A stretch of 63,766 nt of DNA, filler included, from Nemertoderma westbladi (taxonomy: Eukaryota; Animalia; Xenacoelomorpha): NCBI GenBank assembly GCA_032718475.1. It is 3 parts of 3 records of this genome, joined end to end, with 100 filler letters (N's around TTAATTAATTAA, not from the genome) between each part and the next. Parts side by side here need not be neighbours in the genome. Positions count along the whole stretch, not along the records: positions 16,432 to 45,070 come from JAUCBJ010008628.1; positions 45,171 to 63,766 come from JAUCBJ010002010.1; 1 more part is not named here. One strand, 5' to 3'. The position numbers and the translations under genes were made by a program. The notes beneath the pieces were generated by a model, which ran no database searches, was not told the DNA's origin, and saw only the letters and a program-made list of their open reading frames with translations. Position 1 is the stretch's first letter; the number at the start of each line of letters is the position of its first letter. This document shows positions 36,413 to 48,435 of the stretch, one piece after another.

Positions 36413-37986
36413 CAACGGCGCAGCCAAGGGGGGGGGGGCTAAGGGGGCTCGAGCCCCCCCCTTAACAGTTTGTAACTCTGTAAGCGCCCAGCATCATCAT
36501 TATACTTACACAACCACACGTCGCTCGCCAACAAGGCAATGATAAAATTTACTGGGGATGAAATTAAGGGGGTTATACTTATATTGGAATTGGTTTCTTA
36601 ACTAGGCGCCCCTATAACAGGATGACTGGTATAGTATTGGTTCTACAAGATGGCCGTAAAAAGGACGCCGTTTACTGATTGGTTGGAATTATATAGATAC
36701 ACAATACCCATACTGAGAGGGCAGTGGGCAAGGACATGCATTGTATAGAGATGTAATACTACACTACACACCTAATAAATAGAAGCTACAGGTTGTTATT
36801 ATATAAACTCAAGTGGCACTGATGGAAGAATAACTCATAGCATAGTAAAGTCATCGTTTATTGGGCCTGGGCGAACTACATATTATACACCATAATTATT
36901 GAATTAAGCTCACAAATTCGTCATTCTACATAGACCAATCGGTAATATTATTCTTAAACTGTAAACATTAATATTGTAGTTTTTTTCGAGTAGGCCTATA
37001 TAAATTAATTATATTTGATATTTAATTTAATTAATTAATTTAATTTAGATTTGTATTGATAGTATTAAATATCTTTGATAGTATTGTATTGTATAAGACA
37101 CTGAAGCATGAAGAGAACCCTTAAGGATTATTTTGGTTTTATAGCGCGAGCGCCAACGGTGGAGAAGGTAACGCGAACTGACTTTGAGTACGGTGATGGT
37201 GATATAGTGGAAGAGCCGGAAAAAAACACGGGGAGTTTAGGACACCATCAGGAAGGTGTGGTGGGAAGCCAATGTGTGGTGGGTGGCCAAGGTGTGCTGG
37301 GTGCATGCGCAGCAAATGATATTGCAACTTTTATTAAGTTGCCTCGCACTGATGATACCATTAGTAATATAATAACTAATATTTGGGTCCCATCTAAAGA
37401 CTACACATTTCCGAATCAGCGTGAGGGAAAGATTAATCGATCATTCCAACATAAATGGCTGGAAGAGTTCAAGTGGCTCGCATATAGTGGTTTATATGCT
37501 GGTGCTTATTGTAAATGGTGCGTTGCCTTTGCACCAGCTGAAGTTACAAGAACTTCACAAAAGCTAGGAAAGCTCGTTACAGTCCCTCTTAGCAAATATA
37601 AGGACGCCAAGGAAGTGTTGTATAACCACAACAAGAAACAATATCATTTAGATTCTGCTTCAAAGGTTGATCATTTCCTCAGTGTACGCGAACAGCAACA
37701 ACTTGATGTGCGTAATCTCCTCTCAGGGGAGCGCCAACGGCAGGTACTTGCAAACAGAACGAGATTGGAGCATATTATTCGTGTGGTCGAATTTTGTGGC
37801 CGTCAAGAGCTACCCTTAAGAGGTCATCGCGATCATGGCCCCTTTTCTATTGAACAACCCCAACATAACGATGGAGTGTTTAGATCAGCTATGCGATTGC
37901 GATTAGAAGTTGCTGATGCTGATGTACAATCTCTTATGAGCAATGCACCAAGGAATGCTTCATATTTATCAGGTAGGCCTATATAA
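36413..37986 (+). mobile_element. Left arm of a hAT transposon with the 5' part of the transposase (ORF 37108-37986; TTF-type zinc finger + DUF4371-like region)
   Basis: hAT-type terminus CAACGGCGCAGCCAAGGGGGGGGGCTAAGGGGGCTCGAGCCCCCCC. Protein motifs RSFQHKWLEEFKWLAYS..GAYCKWC..H....YH, FCGRQELPLRGHRD and NASYLS. Probable splice donor TCAG|GTAGGC at ~37971. The rest of the element is missing. Confidence 0.85.
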
Positions 37987-38226
37987 ATATAATATTTTTA
38001 TTTTTCAAACTGTAAAAAGTAAATTAACCCAGCAAGTCCCGGACCATGAATGCTTCAATGAAATTTCTTGAAATTTTTATTGTGAGCATAAAGTGGGGAC
38101 CTATTAAGAAAATTCCAAACTTTGGTTAACGTACATATATGGGAAGATAGATTTTACATAGGGTCTACAAATGTAGACGTTAGGACTTCAAGGGTACAAA
38201 AATACACTTATTTTGTGCAAAAATAT

Positions 38227-38576
38227 GTGCAGACAGTGGTGCAGACACTGGTGCAGACAGTGGTGCAGACACCTGGTGCAGACAGTGGTGCAGACACTGG
38301 TGCAGACAGTGGTGCAGACACTGGTGCAGACAGTGGTGCAGACACTGGTGCAGACAGTGGTGCAGACACCTGGTGCAGACAGTGGTGCAGACACTGGTGC
38401 AGACTTTGGTGCAGACAGTGGTGCAGACACTGGTGCAGACAGTGGTGCAGCAGTGGTGCAGACACCTGGTGCAGACAGTGGTGCAGACACCTGGTGCAGG
38501 CAGTGGTGCAGACACTGGTACAGACAGTGGTGCAGACAGTGGTGCAGACACTGGTGCAGACAGTGGTGCAGACACA
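38227..38576. repeat. 12-bp minisatellite (GGTGCAGACAGT / GGTGCAGACACT alternating, occasional 13-mers)
   Basis: Directly visible. It produces the stop-free repetitive ORFs in all frames. Confidence 0.95.
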
Positions 38577-38948
38577 TGCATCATAAATTTTAAATAATTG
38601 ATAGGCCAAACTTTGGCCTATCAATTATTTAAAATTTATTAGCACAACCGGTAGGCCTACCATTACCGTATTTAAATGGTAGGCTACACAGTAGGCCTAT
38701 AGCAGTACCGGTCCCGGTACAGGTACTAAAATACAGAAATACCTGCTTTATACCTACATCTGTACATACAATACAGCAAAATAGTGCTATATATACTAAT
38801 ACCGGTACTGATAGCCTGAGAGAACAGCAGTAGAGAAACCGGTAGCATGGAACCTAACATTAGACTTTTGGAGGACATAAAAAATAAAAAAAAAAGCATT
38901 AATCAAGCAAACAAGCAAAAATTTAAACGGACAATAAAAATTATTGCG

Positions 38949-39671
38949 TATTGTGATACCCCAGACGGAATCCCATCTGGTGTATTAAAAAAGGTATGTC
39001 ATGAAATTACTCTTCCATTATGTATTATTTTCATGAATTCCCTTGTAAAAGGAGAAGTTCCACAACAATGGCGCACTGCTGATATATCGCCAATATTTAA
39101 AAAGGGTGAAGCAAGTAAACCACCAAATTATAGACCCATATCAATAACCTCCGTTGTATGTCGTACATTTGAACGAATAATGTGGCGACAAATAATAAAA
39201 TATTTATCAACAATCAAATCAACAATTTGATTTATGGTATACCATTTGGTTTCATCCAAGGAAGATCTACTGAACTACAGTTATTGGAGTGTTGGTACAG
39301 TTATTGGGCAATTGGACTGATATTTTGGCAATTGGGTAAGGTATTGACGTCATTAGCACAGATCTATCAAAAGCTTTTGACATTCGCATTTCGCATTCTA
39401 AACTATTATATTGGAACAAGTTGTTGGAACATATCTATAATAATATAAAAGGAAAAGTATTAACCTGGATTCAATCATTCCTGACTGGCCGTACCCAACG
39501 TGTTAAGGTATCCGGGATATATTCGAGCTATAAAGACGTCACTGGCAGCAGTATCCCACAAGGAACAGTTGGAGGACCAATAAAGTTCATATGCTTTATA
39601 GACGATTGATTGATAATTGTGTTCTACCGGCGGAGATTAAACTATTTGCGGATGATAATAAATTATATAAG
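38949..39671 (+). mobile_element. CR1-clade LINE RT remnant, 3' part, truncated where the L1 sequence begins
   Basis: WRTADISPIFKKG...NYRPISITSVVCRTFER, GFIQGRST, DLSKAFD, WIQSFLTGRTQRV, IPQGTV and KLFADD, with frameshifts. Confidence 0.88.
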
Positions 39672-39714
39672 AAAAGATTTCTGAGGTAGAACATAACATT
39701 ATTAGCAGAGACGT

Positions 39715-40350
39715 ATGGAACCGGAAATGGCAGATTATCATCCTGTCATCTACGGTGCAAGTGGTCCAGAAAAAGAAAATGAACAGCAAACAAAGAAGGT
39801 AGTAGCTCGAACTGCCGAGAGGTTAGGGCTACCGACACCACTCATGGCAGCCTGCCACCGGTTATCCGCAAAACGCGATGCACCGATTCTCATCCGCTTT
39901 GTACAACTTGGCGACGTCGACTTATGGTTTAAAGCCATGGCGGATGCTAATAAAGAGGGCCAACAACAATATAAATTATCCATCGCTAGAGATCTTCCCC
40001 CTTATCTGCTAGACCTACGACGAGATCTAGTAGAAATTAAAAAGGGATTGAGCGCGGCTGATAAGAAGGAAGCTAGAATAAGAATAACCGAGAGATTTTA
40101 TCCATTCGTATATATCTCAATGCGCTCCGGAGAAAATATTTTCTCCAATGTAAAACCACGACTACGCCCCATCGCCATTGCGAAGGGACTGCCGATTCAG
40201 AGACAAACGGGAGAGACTCAGAAAGACACCGATGCACTAAATATGGAACTTGATGGAGACGGAGGCACAGAGGAAGGTTTCAGGTCTCAGGGTGGTCGAG
40301 GCCCCCCTGTAAGTGGACGTGGTCGTCGAGCACGTAATAGAGTTAAGTAA
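39715..40350 (+). CDS. LINE ORF1 C-terminal portion (L1-type RRM/CTD-like)
   Basis: VIYG...ACHRLSAKRDAPILIRF...SIARDLP pattern, basic C-terminal tail, and position upstream of ORF2. The true N-terminal frame (RDVWNRKW) is shifted and truncated. Confidence 0.7.
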   Translation: MEPEMADYHPVIYGASGPEKENEQQTKKVVARTAERLGLPTPLMAACHRLSAKRDAPILIRFVQLGDVDLWFKAMADANKEGQQQYKLSIARDLPPYLLDLRRDLVEIKKGLSAADKKEARIRITERFYPFVYISMRSGENIFSNVKPRLRPIAIAKGLPIQRQTGETQKDTDALNMELDGDGGTEEGFRSQGGRGPPVSGRGRRARNRVK

Positions 40351-41021
40351 AGTAAATCAATAAAAATAAATAGAATCTAACTATGTTTTTTTTTTTTTTA
40401 CTTTACCAGTAAGCCTAATTTGCATTTTATAAGCAGTTAAATAATCCTGCAACCTAAACTTGTCGGGCGATTGGTGGTAGTATCGTAAGACCGGAAAGTA
40501 GGAGTTTGCTATGAACAGACTGAAAATACCCAATAACGAAGCATTTATACAGTGTATCCTTGGAACTGAATTTTTTTTTTAAGTTTGCCTATCGTTATCA
40601 TTACACTTCTTTCTGCCTTTTTCATATTCGGTGGAAAATTAGAGGGAGTAATACAACAGTTTTTTTTTTGTTTTCTTATACGCTTTTTTTGTTTATATGT
40701 TTAACGTAAGATCCAAAAGTGGTACTACTTTGAATAAACCTAAACTCTCTAAGATATTATTTCTAAATATTATACCCCTCATATATATAAGCTTACAAGA
40801 TTTAATTTCTATGGCTCGACCAATTTTGTTTCTAACAGTAATGACCCTTATAATAATAATATATATGTATCTGTGCAATGAATGGTATTATGAACTATAT
40901 AATAATTTCAAGTGCAATTTAGGTCTAATATATAGTAGCATGCTATCAGCTCAGGACTGCGAGTTGGAACCACACTGGGGAAATAGCCTACCAATAGCTT
41001 ATTTGTTATATGAGTAATTGA

Positions 41022-44000
41022 ATGGCTAGTAAATCTATAAATATAGTTTCTCTGAATTGTAATGGACTACAAAATAACGTTAAAAGAAAAGCGACTTTTG
41101 AGAAACTAAAAAGGGCTAAGTTTGATATTTGCTTACTCCAAGAAACACATTGCTCTACTTCGGACTTAAATAAGTGGTCTAACGAATGGGGACATGATAG
41201 CATATTTACCGTTACAAGCTCACAATGCGTGGGTGTTGCAATTCTTTTTGGAAACGGCCTTCAGGCTAAAGTAACAAGGCGCCTTATTGACACAGAAGGG
41301 CGCTTTATAATAGCAGATTTAGCAATTAGTGACACAATTTTGACACTGGTTGATATATATAACTATAATATTGATTCCCCTGAACTCGTAGAAAAAATTA
41401 AAACGGAAGTATTGCAACACTTGACGGGAGCAACATTATCTGGGCTGGAGACTTCAATTGCGTCCTTGATGTAAACATTGATAAAAAAGGGGGATTGGCA
41501 AAGACCAACGAAAAAGTGCAACAGAGTATCTTAGACACAATGGAATATTTAAATTTATTCGACATCTATCGTGTGGTAAATCCACAGGGTCGACTGTATT
41601 CACATAGACAAAAGGTACACTCTGGATGGGTGCGTACACGAAAAGATTTTTTTCTGGTTTCGAGCAACATTGCTTCAATAGCCGACACCTGCGGACTGTT
41701 TTCTGGGTATAATTCAGACCATTCAGCAGTATCTTTCACATTTATTTTGCCAAATAATTATAATAACCGCCCCAAAGGTGCCGGCTATTGGAAGCATAAT
41801 AATAACCTTTTAAATGATGAAAAATATGTGGAACTAGTTAAAAAAACAATTACAGAAACCGCGACTCAGTATGAGAATACAGCCGACCCACACTTACTTT
41901 GGGAAGTTATTAAATTAAATGTTAGAACTCAAGCGATAAGTTTTTCAATCCGGAAAAAACAGAAACAAAAAGAGCAATATGAAAAATTAAATAATAATAT
42001 TTCAGAAATGCAAAAAAAAGAAAATTGTCTAAATAATGATGAAATGAAACTTTTCCAAGAACTAAGAGATAAGATACATAGAATGGACTGCGACAAAGCA
42101 GAAGAGGCAATTTTTAGAACTAAATTACAGAATTATGAAGCGGGGGAAAGACCAACCAAATACTTTCTAAACTTAGAAAAAATAAAATCAAAAAATAACA
42201 ATATTTCATCACTAAAAGTGGTAGAAGGCAATGGTTTTAAACGTATAGTTATTGATAAAGACATCCTAGAAGAATCAGCCAAATTCTATGAAAATCTGTA
42301 CACATCCAAAATCAACTATAGTAATAAACACATAAGGAAAAAAGTAACTGAGATGTTTTTTAGTAAATGTAAGAATATCCCAAAATTGAACGCTTCTGAT
42401 ATTGAAATTCTTGACAAAAATTTAACGGAAAACGAAGTTCTGGATTCTCTAAAACAAATGAGTAACGGGAAGAGCCCAGGCGGTGACGGCTACACAACAG
42501 AATTCTATAAGTTTTTCTGGAATGACATAAAACAATACTTACTGGCCAGTTTCTTATATTCTTTTGAATCGCAGACACTATCACAATCACAACAACAGGG
42601 GATTTTCTCAATCTTCCCGAAAAAGGATAAAGACCCAGCTTATCTAGAAAATAGGCGACCAATTACATTACTTAACACTGACTATAAAATACTTACTAAA
42701 CTTCTTGCAAACCGTCTAGTGAAAGTTTTAGTTAACATTATTAATAGAGACCAGACAGGATTTATAAGAGGCAGATATATTGGAGAAAATATCCGTAGAG
42801 TTATAGATACAATTGATCAACTGGAGGAGGAGGGCGAATCTGGTCTGTTAATCAATGCGGACTTCAGAAAGGCATTTGATTCAATAGAATGGGATTTTAT
42901 TAAGGAAACATTATCGTTCTTAAAATTTCCGAATTCGTTTATTACATGGTTCAATGTTTTGTACAACAATAAATTTAAACTTTCAATACAGAACAATGGG
43001 TTTTTCTCCAGAACATTCTCACCAGGGAGGGGAGTCCGTCAGGGTTGCCCCCTGTCTGCATATCTCTTTGTGCTTGCCGTGGAAATCTTAGCGGAAGCAG
43101 TTAGATGTACAGACAATATCGTTGGACTAAGTGTAAACAATCTGATAAATAAGGTGTCACAGTATGCAGATGATACAAATTTTTTTATAATTGATAACGC
43201 TGATGTTCTAGAACATCTATTAGTTTTGTTAGAACAATTTGCTCTTGTCTCAGGACTCGAATTAAATGAATCCAAAACTGAAATTATCCGTATAGGTAAA
43301 ACAAAAAATTCTAGAATAAAACTATGCCCACATCGCAAATTAAAATGGTTAGAGCCGGATGAAACCTTCAATGTTCTTGGTATTTTCATATCAACTGATA
43401 CTGCCAAAATAGAAAAATTGAATTTTACAAGATGTATTGAAAAAGTGAAAGTGATAGTAAATTTATGGAGAAAACATAAGCTGACACTTTTAGGTAGAGC
43501 TACAATCATCAAATCACTCATACTCCCAAAATTTATGTATTGCTTTTCTTGTTTGAAAACACCATCTCAAACTACAATGAATAATATAAATGACATTATA
43601 AAGGACTTTTTGTGGGAAGGGAAACCACCAAAACTCAAGCATAATATACTTATTGCAGATATTGCAACTGGAGGTATTAAATTCCAGGACCTCTTGGAGT
43701 ATGCAAAAAGTCAAAAAATAAAATGGGTAGCAAAATTCACTAAAAGGGAAAACGGAATTATATGGAAAGAACTTGCAAGAAAAAGCTTTACAAAAAGTAT
43801 AAATGATGAGATTTTCTCGTGCTGCAGTAACCTATATGAGAAGGATGTTAAGAGTATGGGACTATGTAAAAATGAATTCTGGGAAGAAGTTCTTGCTATC
43901 TGGTGCAAACTTAATGACGCATGTTTTCAGAGGGATACTAAAGTACAAGAAAATAAAATAATAAATTATGATTACATCTGGCTCAATTCTAAAATAAAAA

Positions 44001-44875
44001 TTAATAATAAACCACTATTTTGGCCGGATTGGATCTCCAAAGGAGTATTTTTATTGTGCCATTTAGTTGCACCAGATAGCAACCGCTTTATGACATTTGA
44101 AGAGATTGCGGTTACATATGGTATTCCAGATAGAACTAACAATCAGTTTCGTTATATAAGTCTTATCGATGCTATTACACCGACCTATAGAGACAAACTA
44201 AGAACTAAAATTCAAGGTCCAGCATTTATAAAAGCGCATAATATTTTAGCAGAGGGGTCAACAAAACAAGCTTACCTCACATTCATATCCGAAAAAATAG
44301 AAACAAATACAACAGCAATAGAAAAATGGACGAATGATTTACAAACTGTAATTACAATCGAAGATTGGAAACATTATTATAAATTGGCCAGGTTGACATC
44401 TAGAGAGATAAAATTATGGAACTTTCAGTATCATCTTTTACACAGGAGACTACCCACAAACAGCTACTTAGCTAAGATTGGTGTTTTACAGTCAAATAAG
44501 TGTGCTTTTTGCCATAACGCCGAGGAAAACTATATGCATCTATTTTGGGAGTGCGAACATGTAAAAGTATTCCTCATAGATTTAAAAACTTGGTGGCTGC
44601 GAGAAACCAGACAAGCACTATATATTTCTAGTAAGTCGCTTATCTTAGGATTCAATTCTCCGGTTCCGAAACTAGTAAATTTGGTTGTAATGATAGCAAA
44701 ATACTACATTTACTGCGAAAAGTTTTCATCTAGTCCTAATTTGAACATCGCGGCAGTGCATATGAGATTAAAAAAAATATATAATTATGAAAAATTTACC
44801 GCAACCAGAGAAACATGTTGGGATAATTTCACTAATAAATGGGGGGCTATTAAAACTGCAATGGAGCTAAGTTAA
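41022..44875 (+). CDS. LINE ORF2: APE endonuclease + reverse transcriptase + CCHC domain, one frameshift at ~41422
   Basis: SLNCNGL and LLQETH, then in the shifted frame IIWAGDFN and SDH. RT motifs KSPGGDG, DFRKAFD, GVRQGCPLS, QYADD; C-terminal CAFC...HLFWEC. Joins ORFs 41022-41474 and 41495-44875. Confidence 0.92.
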
Positions 44876-45070
44876 ATGTCCTCAAGCTGGTAGCTGCAGC
44901 GTTTTTTTTTTTTTTTTTACCAGTGTATAATACGGTGGAATATTTTAATAGGGCATAATATAAGGTAATATTGGTATTAGTGTATGCTTGGTCGAGCCAC
45001 AACATTAATTATTTCCATATATATATATTGAATAATCTAATGGGTATTTATGTTTATGTCTAATTAGGTG

Positions 45071-45170
45071 NNNNNNNNNNNNNNNNNNNNNNNNNNNNNN
45101 NNNNNNNNNNNNNNTTAATTAATTAANNNNNNNNNNNNNNNNNNNNNNNNNNNNNNNNNNNNNNNNNNNN
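45071..45170. other. Artificial scaffold gap linker (44 N + TTAATTAATTAA + 44 N)
   Basis: Same construct as 16332-16431. Confidence 0.97.
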
Positions 45171-45193
45171 TAGTAGCTCATTTTCTGACCAAA

Positions 45194-45624
45194 AGGACTC
45201 GAATAAGCGACTCTGCGGTCTTTGCGGGATTACACGGAATAGACTTATCGGTCATCGGAGATCTTCAAAATGTATAATCTCCAGTTCTAGTGGTCGTACG
45301 AAGTTCGTTTTAGGTTCATTCGAAAGCTCTTTTCTTAGAGAACAAAGTTACCATGTGATTTAAGACAAAATGGTTGTAAAGCAACATAACATGAATTTGG
45401 GTAAAATATGCCTTGTAAATTTTGTTCAAGTTATGATTGCTCAGGTAGCTTTCAAGAGTTTGCCAAACCAAATGGTAACTTCGGTCTCTGAGAAAAGAGC
45501 TTTCGAATGAGCCCAAAACGAACTCCGTACGACCACTAGAACTGGAGATTATACATTTTGAAGATCTCTGATGACCGATAAGTCTATTCCGTGTAATCCC
45601 GCAAAGACCGCTTATTCGAGTCCT
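45194..45624. mobile_element. Foldback MITE with ~160-bp inverted arms
   Basis: AGGACTCGAATAAGCG...AAGTTACCAT is mirrored by ATGGTAACTT...CGCTTATTCGAGTCCT. The TSD is not clear. Confidence 0.8.
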
Positions 45625-45967
45625 GTCTTCATTCCGGAGACTTGAAGTTGTCTTATAAACTGATCAGTAGGTCCAATAATCATAAAAAAATACCTTCTCA
45701 ATTAAAATTTTGTGCTCTTTCTCGTGGAGACATCCAATTAGCACCACTGAACACAGACATTTGCAGAAATTGAATGCAAACCCCAAACTTCATCTCCTTT
45801 ACCGATATCGCGATATATCGGAGCCAGTATCTTCTATCCCAGATATCTCGAAAACTAAGCAAGATATGGGAAAACGGTTTCCATATTTGGATTCAGCATG
45901 AAATTCTGCATCAGATGGGATGTTTCAAAAATTCGACTTTTTGGTCAGAAAATGCGCTACCCCCCCT

Positions 45968-46396
45968 AGTAACGCTATTATCAATGAGTATAACTGTATT
46001 AGATCTAAAATAGAATAAGTGGCCTAGGGTAATAGGGTGTGGTTCTTACTCGTTACTATAAAATACTCACAAAATTCTCAATAATCATTTCATTCAAAAT
46101 AATTTATAGTCATATTTTGGTATTTGAGTATTACTGTAGTTGGCTTCGTATTTATTCCGTATAATTATATTTAGATTGTAATTGATATTTTCTCATGCAT
46201 TTAAATTTGGTTGTTTAGTAGTTAATATTTAGTAGTTGGTGTGTTACGGGATCAATTTGTCTGACAGTGCTGTTTTGGTTACCGGTAGTTAAAATTACTG
46301 AATTATTTTGCAGTAACGAGTAAGAACCGCACCCTATTAGGCCACTTATTCTATTTTAGATCTAATACATTTATACTCATTGAAAATGGCGTTACT
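45968..46396. mobile_element. MITE with ~88-bp terminal inverted repeats
   Basis: AGTAACGCTATT...TTCTTACTCGTTACT (45968-46058) is mirrored at 46312-46396. Confidence 0.8.
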
Positions 46397-46523
46397 TAAC
46401 GTTGAAATATATTTGAAATATAGTTATATTGTAATTACATAATTAAACGCTCCATTTTATAATAATAAACTATAGCAATAGGGCAACAGATTGATGAGGA
46501 TGAAGACCCACCAGGAATGACCT

Positions 46524-48107
46524 CACTCACGGCTGCACGGATCCAATATTAACTAAACTCCGCAATTCAGCTGCCAGTGATTCAGACTATTACGAGCTGG
46601 TACAATCTATAGAACGCGGTTTCCCCGAAAAGAAAGATGCACCAGCATATCTCCTTCCTTATTACAGCTTAACTGACAATCTATCAACAGATAACGGTCT
46701 AGCCCTCTTTGATTCCCGAATTATTATTCCAAAATGTCAAAGAAAGGAAGTATTAAGACGCCTGCATGCATCTCATCAGGGTACTGAGCGTACCAAACGG
46801 CGTGCTCGACTTACAGTATATTGGCCCGGTCTGTCCGCAGACATCATTAATGTAGTTGGCATGTGTCAACCATGCCAAGAACGGCGGGCATCCTTACCAG
46901 CCGAGCCGCTTCTTAGGGGCCCACCCCCTTCTCGACCTTTTGAACAAACCGCTGCCGATATAGGTCACCATGGTGGGAAAGCATATCTCATATATGTAGA
47001 CCGTTATTCAGGTTGGCCAGAGGTAGCAGAATTTTTGCATGAACCGGACTCCGCTAAAGTTGTAAATGTTTTAAAGCGTTTTTTTACTGCCACAGGCATT
47101 CCTGTTAAATTTAGGTCAGATGGAGGACCCCAATTTACATCATCAACATTCAAAGCCTTTGCCAGCAATTGGGAATTTGACCATGTGCAATCCATGCCTC
47201 ATTTCCCATCCAGCAATGGTCTGGCCGAATCGGCTGTAAAATCCATGAAACACCTGATTGCCACCACAGGTGGTGACATTCATAGTGATAACTTCCGTCT
47301 TGGATTACTAGAATTTCGCAGTACTTCCGGATACTCACCAGCACAATTAATTTTCGGCCGCCCTTTACGTTCCATTGTGCCTTGTCATATATCAGCCTTT
47401 GCCTCTAAATGGCTCGATGACACTCATGAATCACAGTCCGAATCTACAAACACCGCTACAAAGAACGAATTACGCCGACCTTTGACACCCTTAACCATTG
47501 GCCAAAGTGTATGGTTTCAAAATCATTCTACAAAACGATGGTCACAACATGGTACAGTAATAGAAAGACAAGGAAGAAACTACCTTGTGAAACTGTTGTC
47601 TGGTAGATCACTGTGGCAAACCACCGTCATATACGCGCCCGTATCGATCCTACCAATCAAGATTCTGGAGGGAAGGTGCCCACTGAATCCTCCATCCACC
47701 CCACGAGTTAAATTTCATGACAACCTCACCGAGCATGAATATGACAGTAACTCGCCACCTACTCGCCAAAGTTCCCGATTAAGGAAAGCTCCAAACTATT
47801 TCGGATTTAATTAACAGCTTTACGATTCTAAACCGAAAGTAAATAACTGGAACAATGATGTGATTTCATATATTCAATATTTACATGTACTTACATCTTA
47901 TATCTAGTTAGGTCGTCCCTGATATTGTAACTGTCAATCATATACAATACCGGTACTCCAGTATTGTACTTGTGTCGTACTTCAGTACTTGTCTTATCTG
48001 CATGTCAATGTATTCTGCTTGTGTCTTTCTTATCATACTACAGTGTTGTATAATCCAGCCTAATATATAGAACCTGCATACCTAAACTGCATTTTCATAT
48101 ATCAACA
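46524..48107 (+). mobile_element. 3' fragment of a second Mag-type gypsy family: integrase (to 47814) and probable 3' LTR (~47856-48107)
   Basis: LHASHQGTERTKRRARLTVYWPG..CQPC, YVDRYSGWP, RSDGGPQF and SNGLAESAVK. Clearly homologous to, but diverged from, the integrase at ~11600-12500. A TG...CA segment of ~250 bp follows, but the LTR boundaries are uncertain. Confidence 0.85.
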
Positions 48108-48435
48108 GCCATCAGATGTTCTTGCAGTCTTGGGCCAAAGTCTGAAACGTCCGTACTTAGTACAGAATCCTGAGAGGAATCTAATTCTCAGAAAAACTCT
48201 AACTGCGCATGCCCAATTTTCACAGGTAGGTCTCTATTGGCATAACTCGGAAGATTGCTCTGATTGGCTGAATAGGCTCAAACAAAGGGATCTCCACGTA
48301 CACAAAGAATCAGCTGACAGATTTCGTCATCTTGGTTCTAATTTCTGACCGACGCGTAGTTGAACAATTTTAGGGCTATTTTAGAGTATTCAGCGCATTG
48401 CGTAAAAATGACTTGTTATGTCCGCAAAAGCTTTT

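Larger units (their letters stand above)
35052..38948 (+). mobile_element. Mutator/MULE-like element copy 2, enlarged by ~2.3 kb of nested sequence
   Basis: Same termini as 4587-6291. 9-bp TSD TATTCTGAT (35043-35051) and TATTGTGAT (38949-38957). Homology to copy 1 covers 35052-36289 and ~38638-38948. Confidence 0.87.
39672..45070 (+). mobile_element. L1/Tx1-clade LINE, 5'-truncated within ORF1, 3' UTR running into the gap
   Basis: ORF1 remnant, ~670-nt spacer, and an APE-RT-CCHC ORF2. Confidence 0.92.

Noticed and set aside
37108-37986. Host gene such as THAP12/PRKRIR or ZMYM1
   Set aside because: It is preceded by a hAT terminus, nested within another transposon, and lacks the catalytic region, so it is better explained as a transposon fragment.
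38122-38624. Repetitive ORFs (GADSGADT, CLHHCLHQ, VVQT, SAPLSAPV) as antifreeze, metal-binding or structural proteins
   Set aside because: They are by-products of a stop-free 12-bp minisatellite open in all frames, and 13-bp units switch frames at random.
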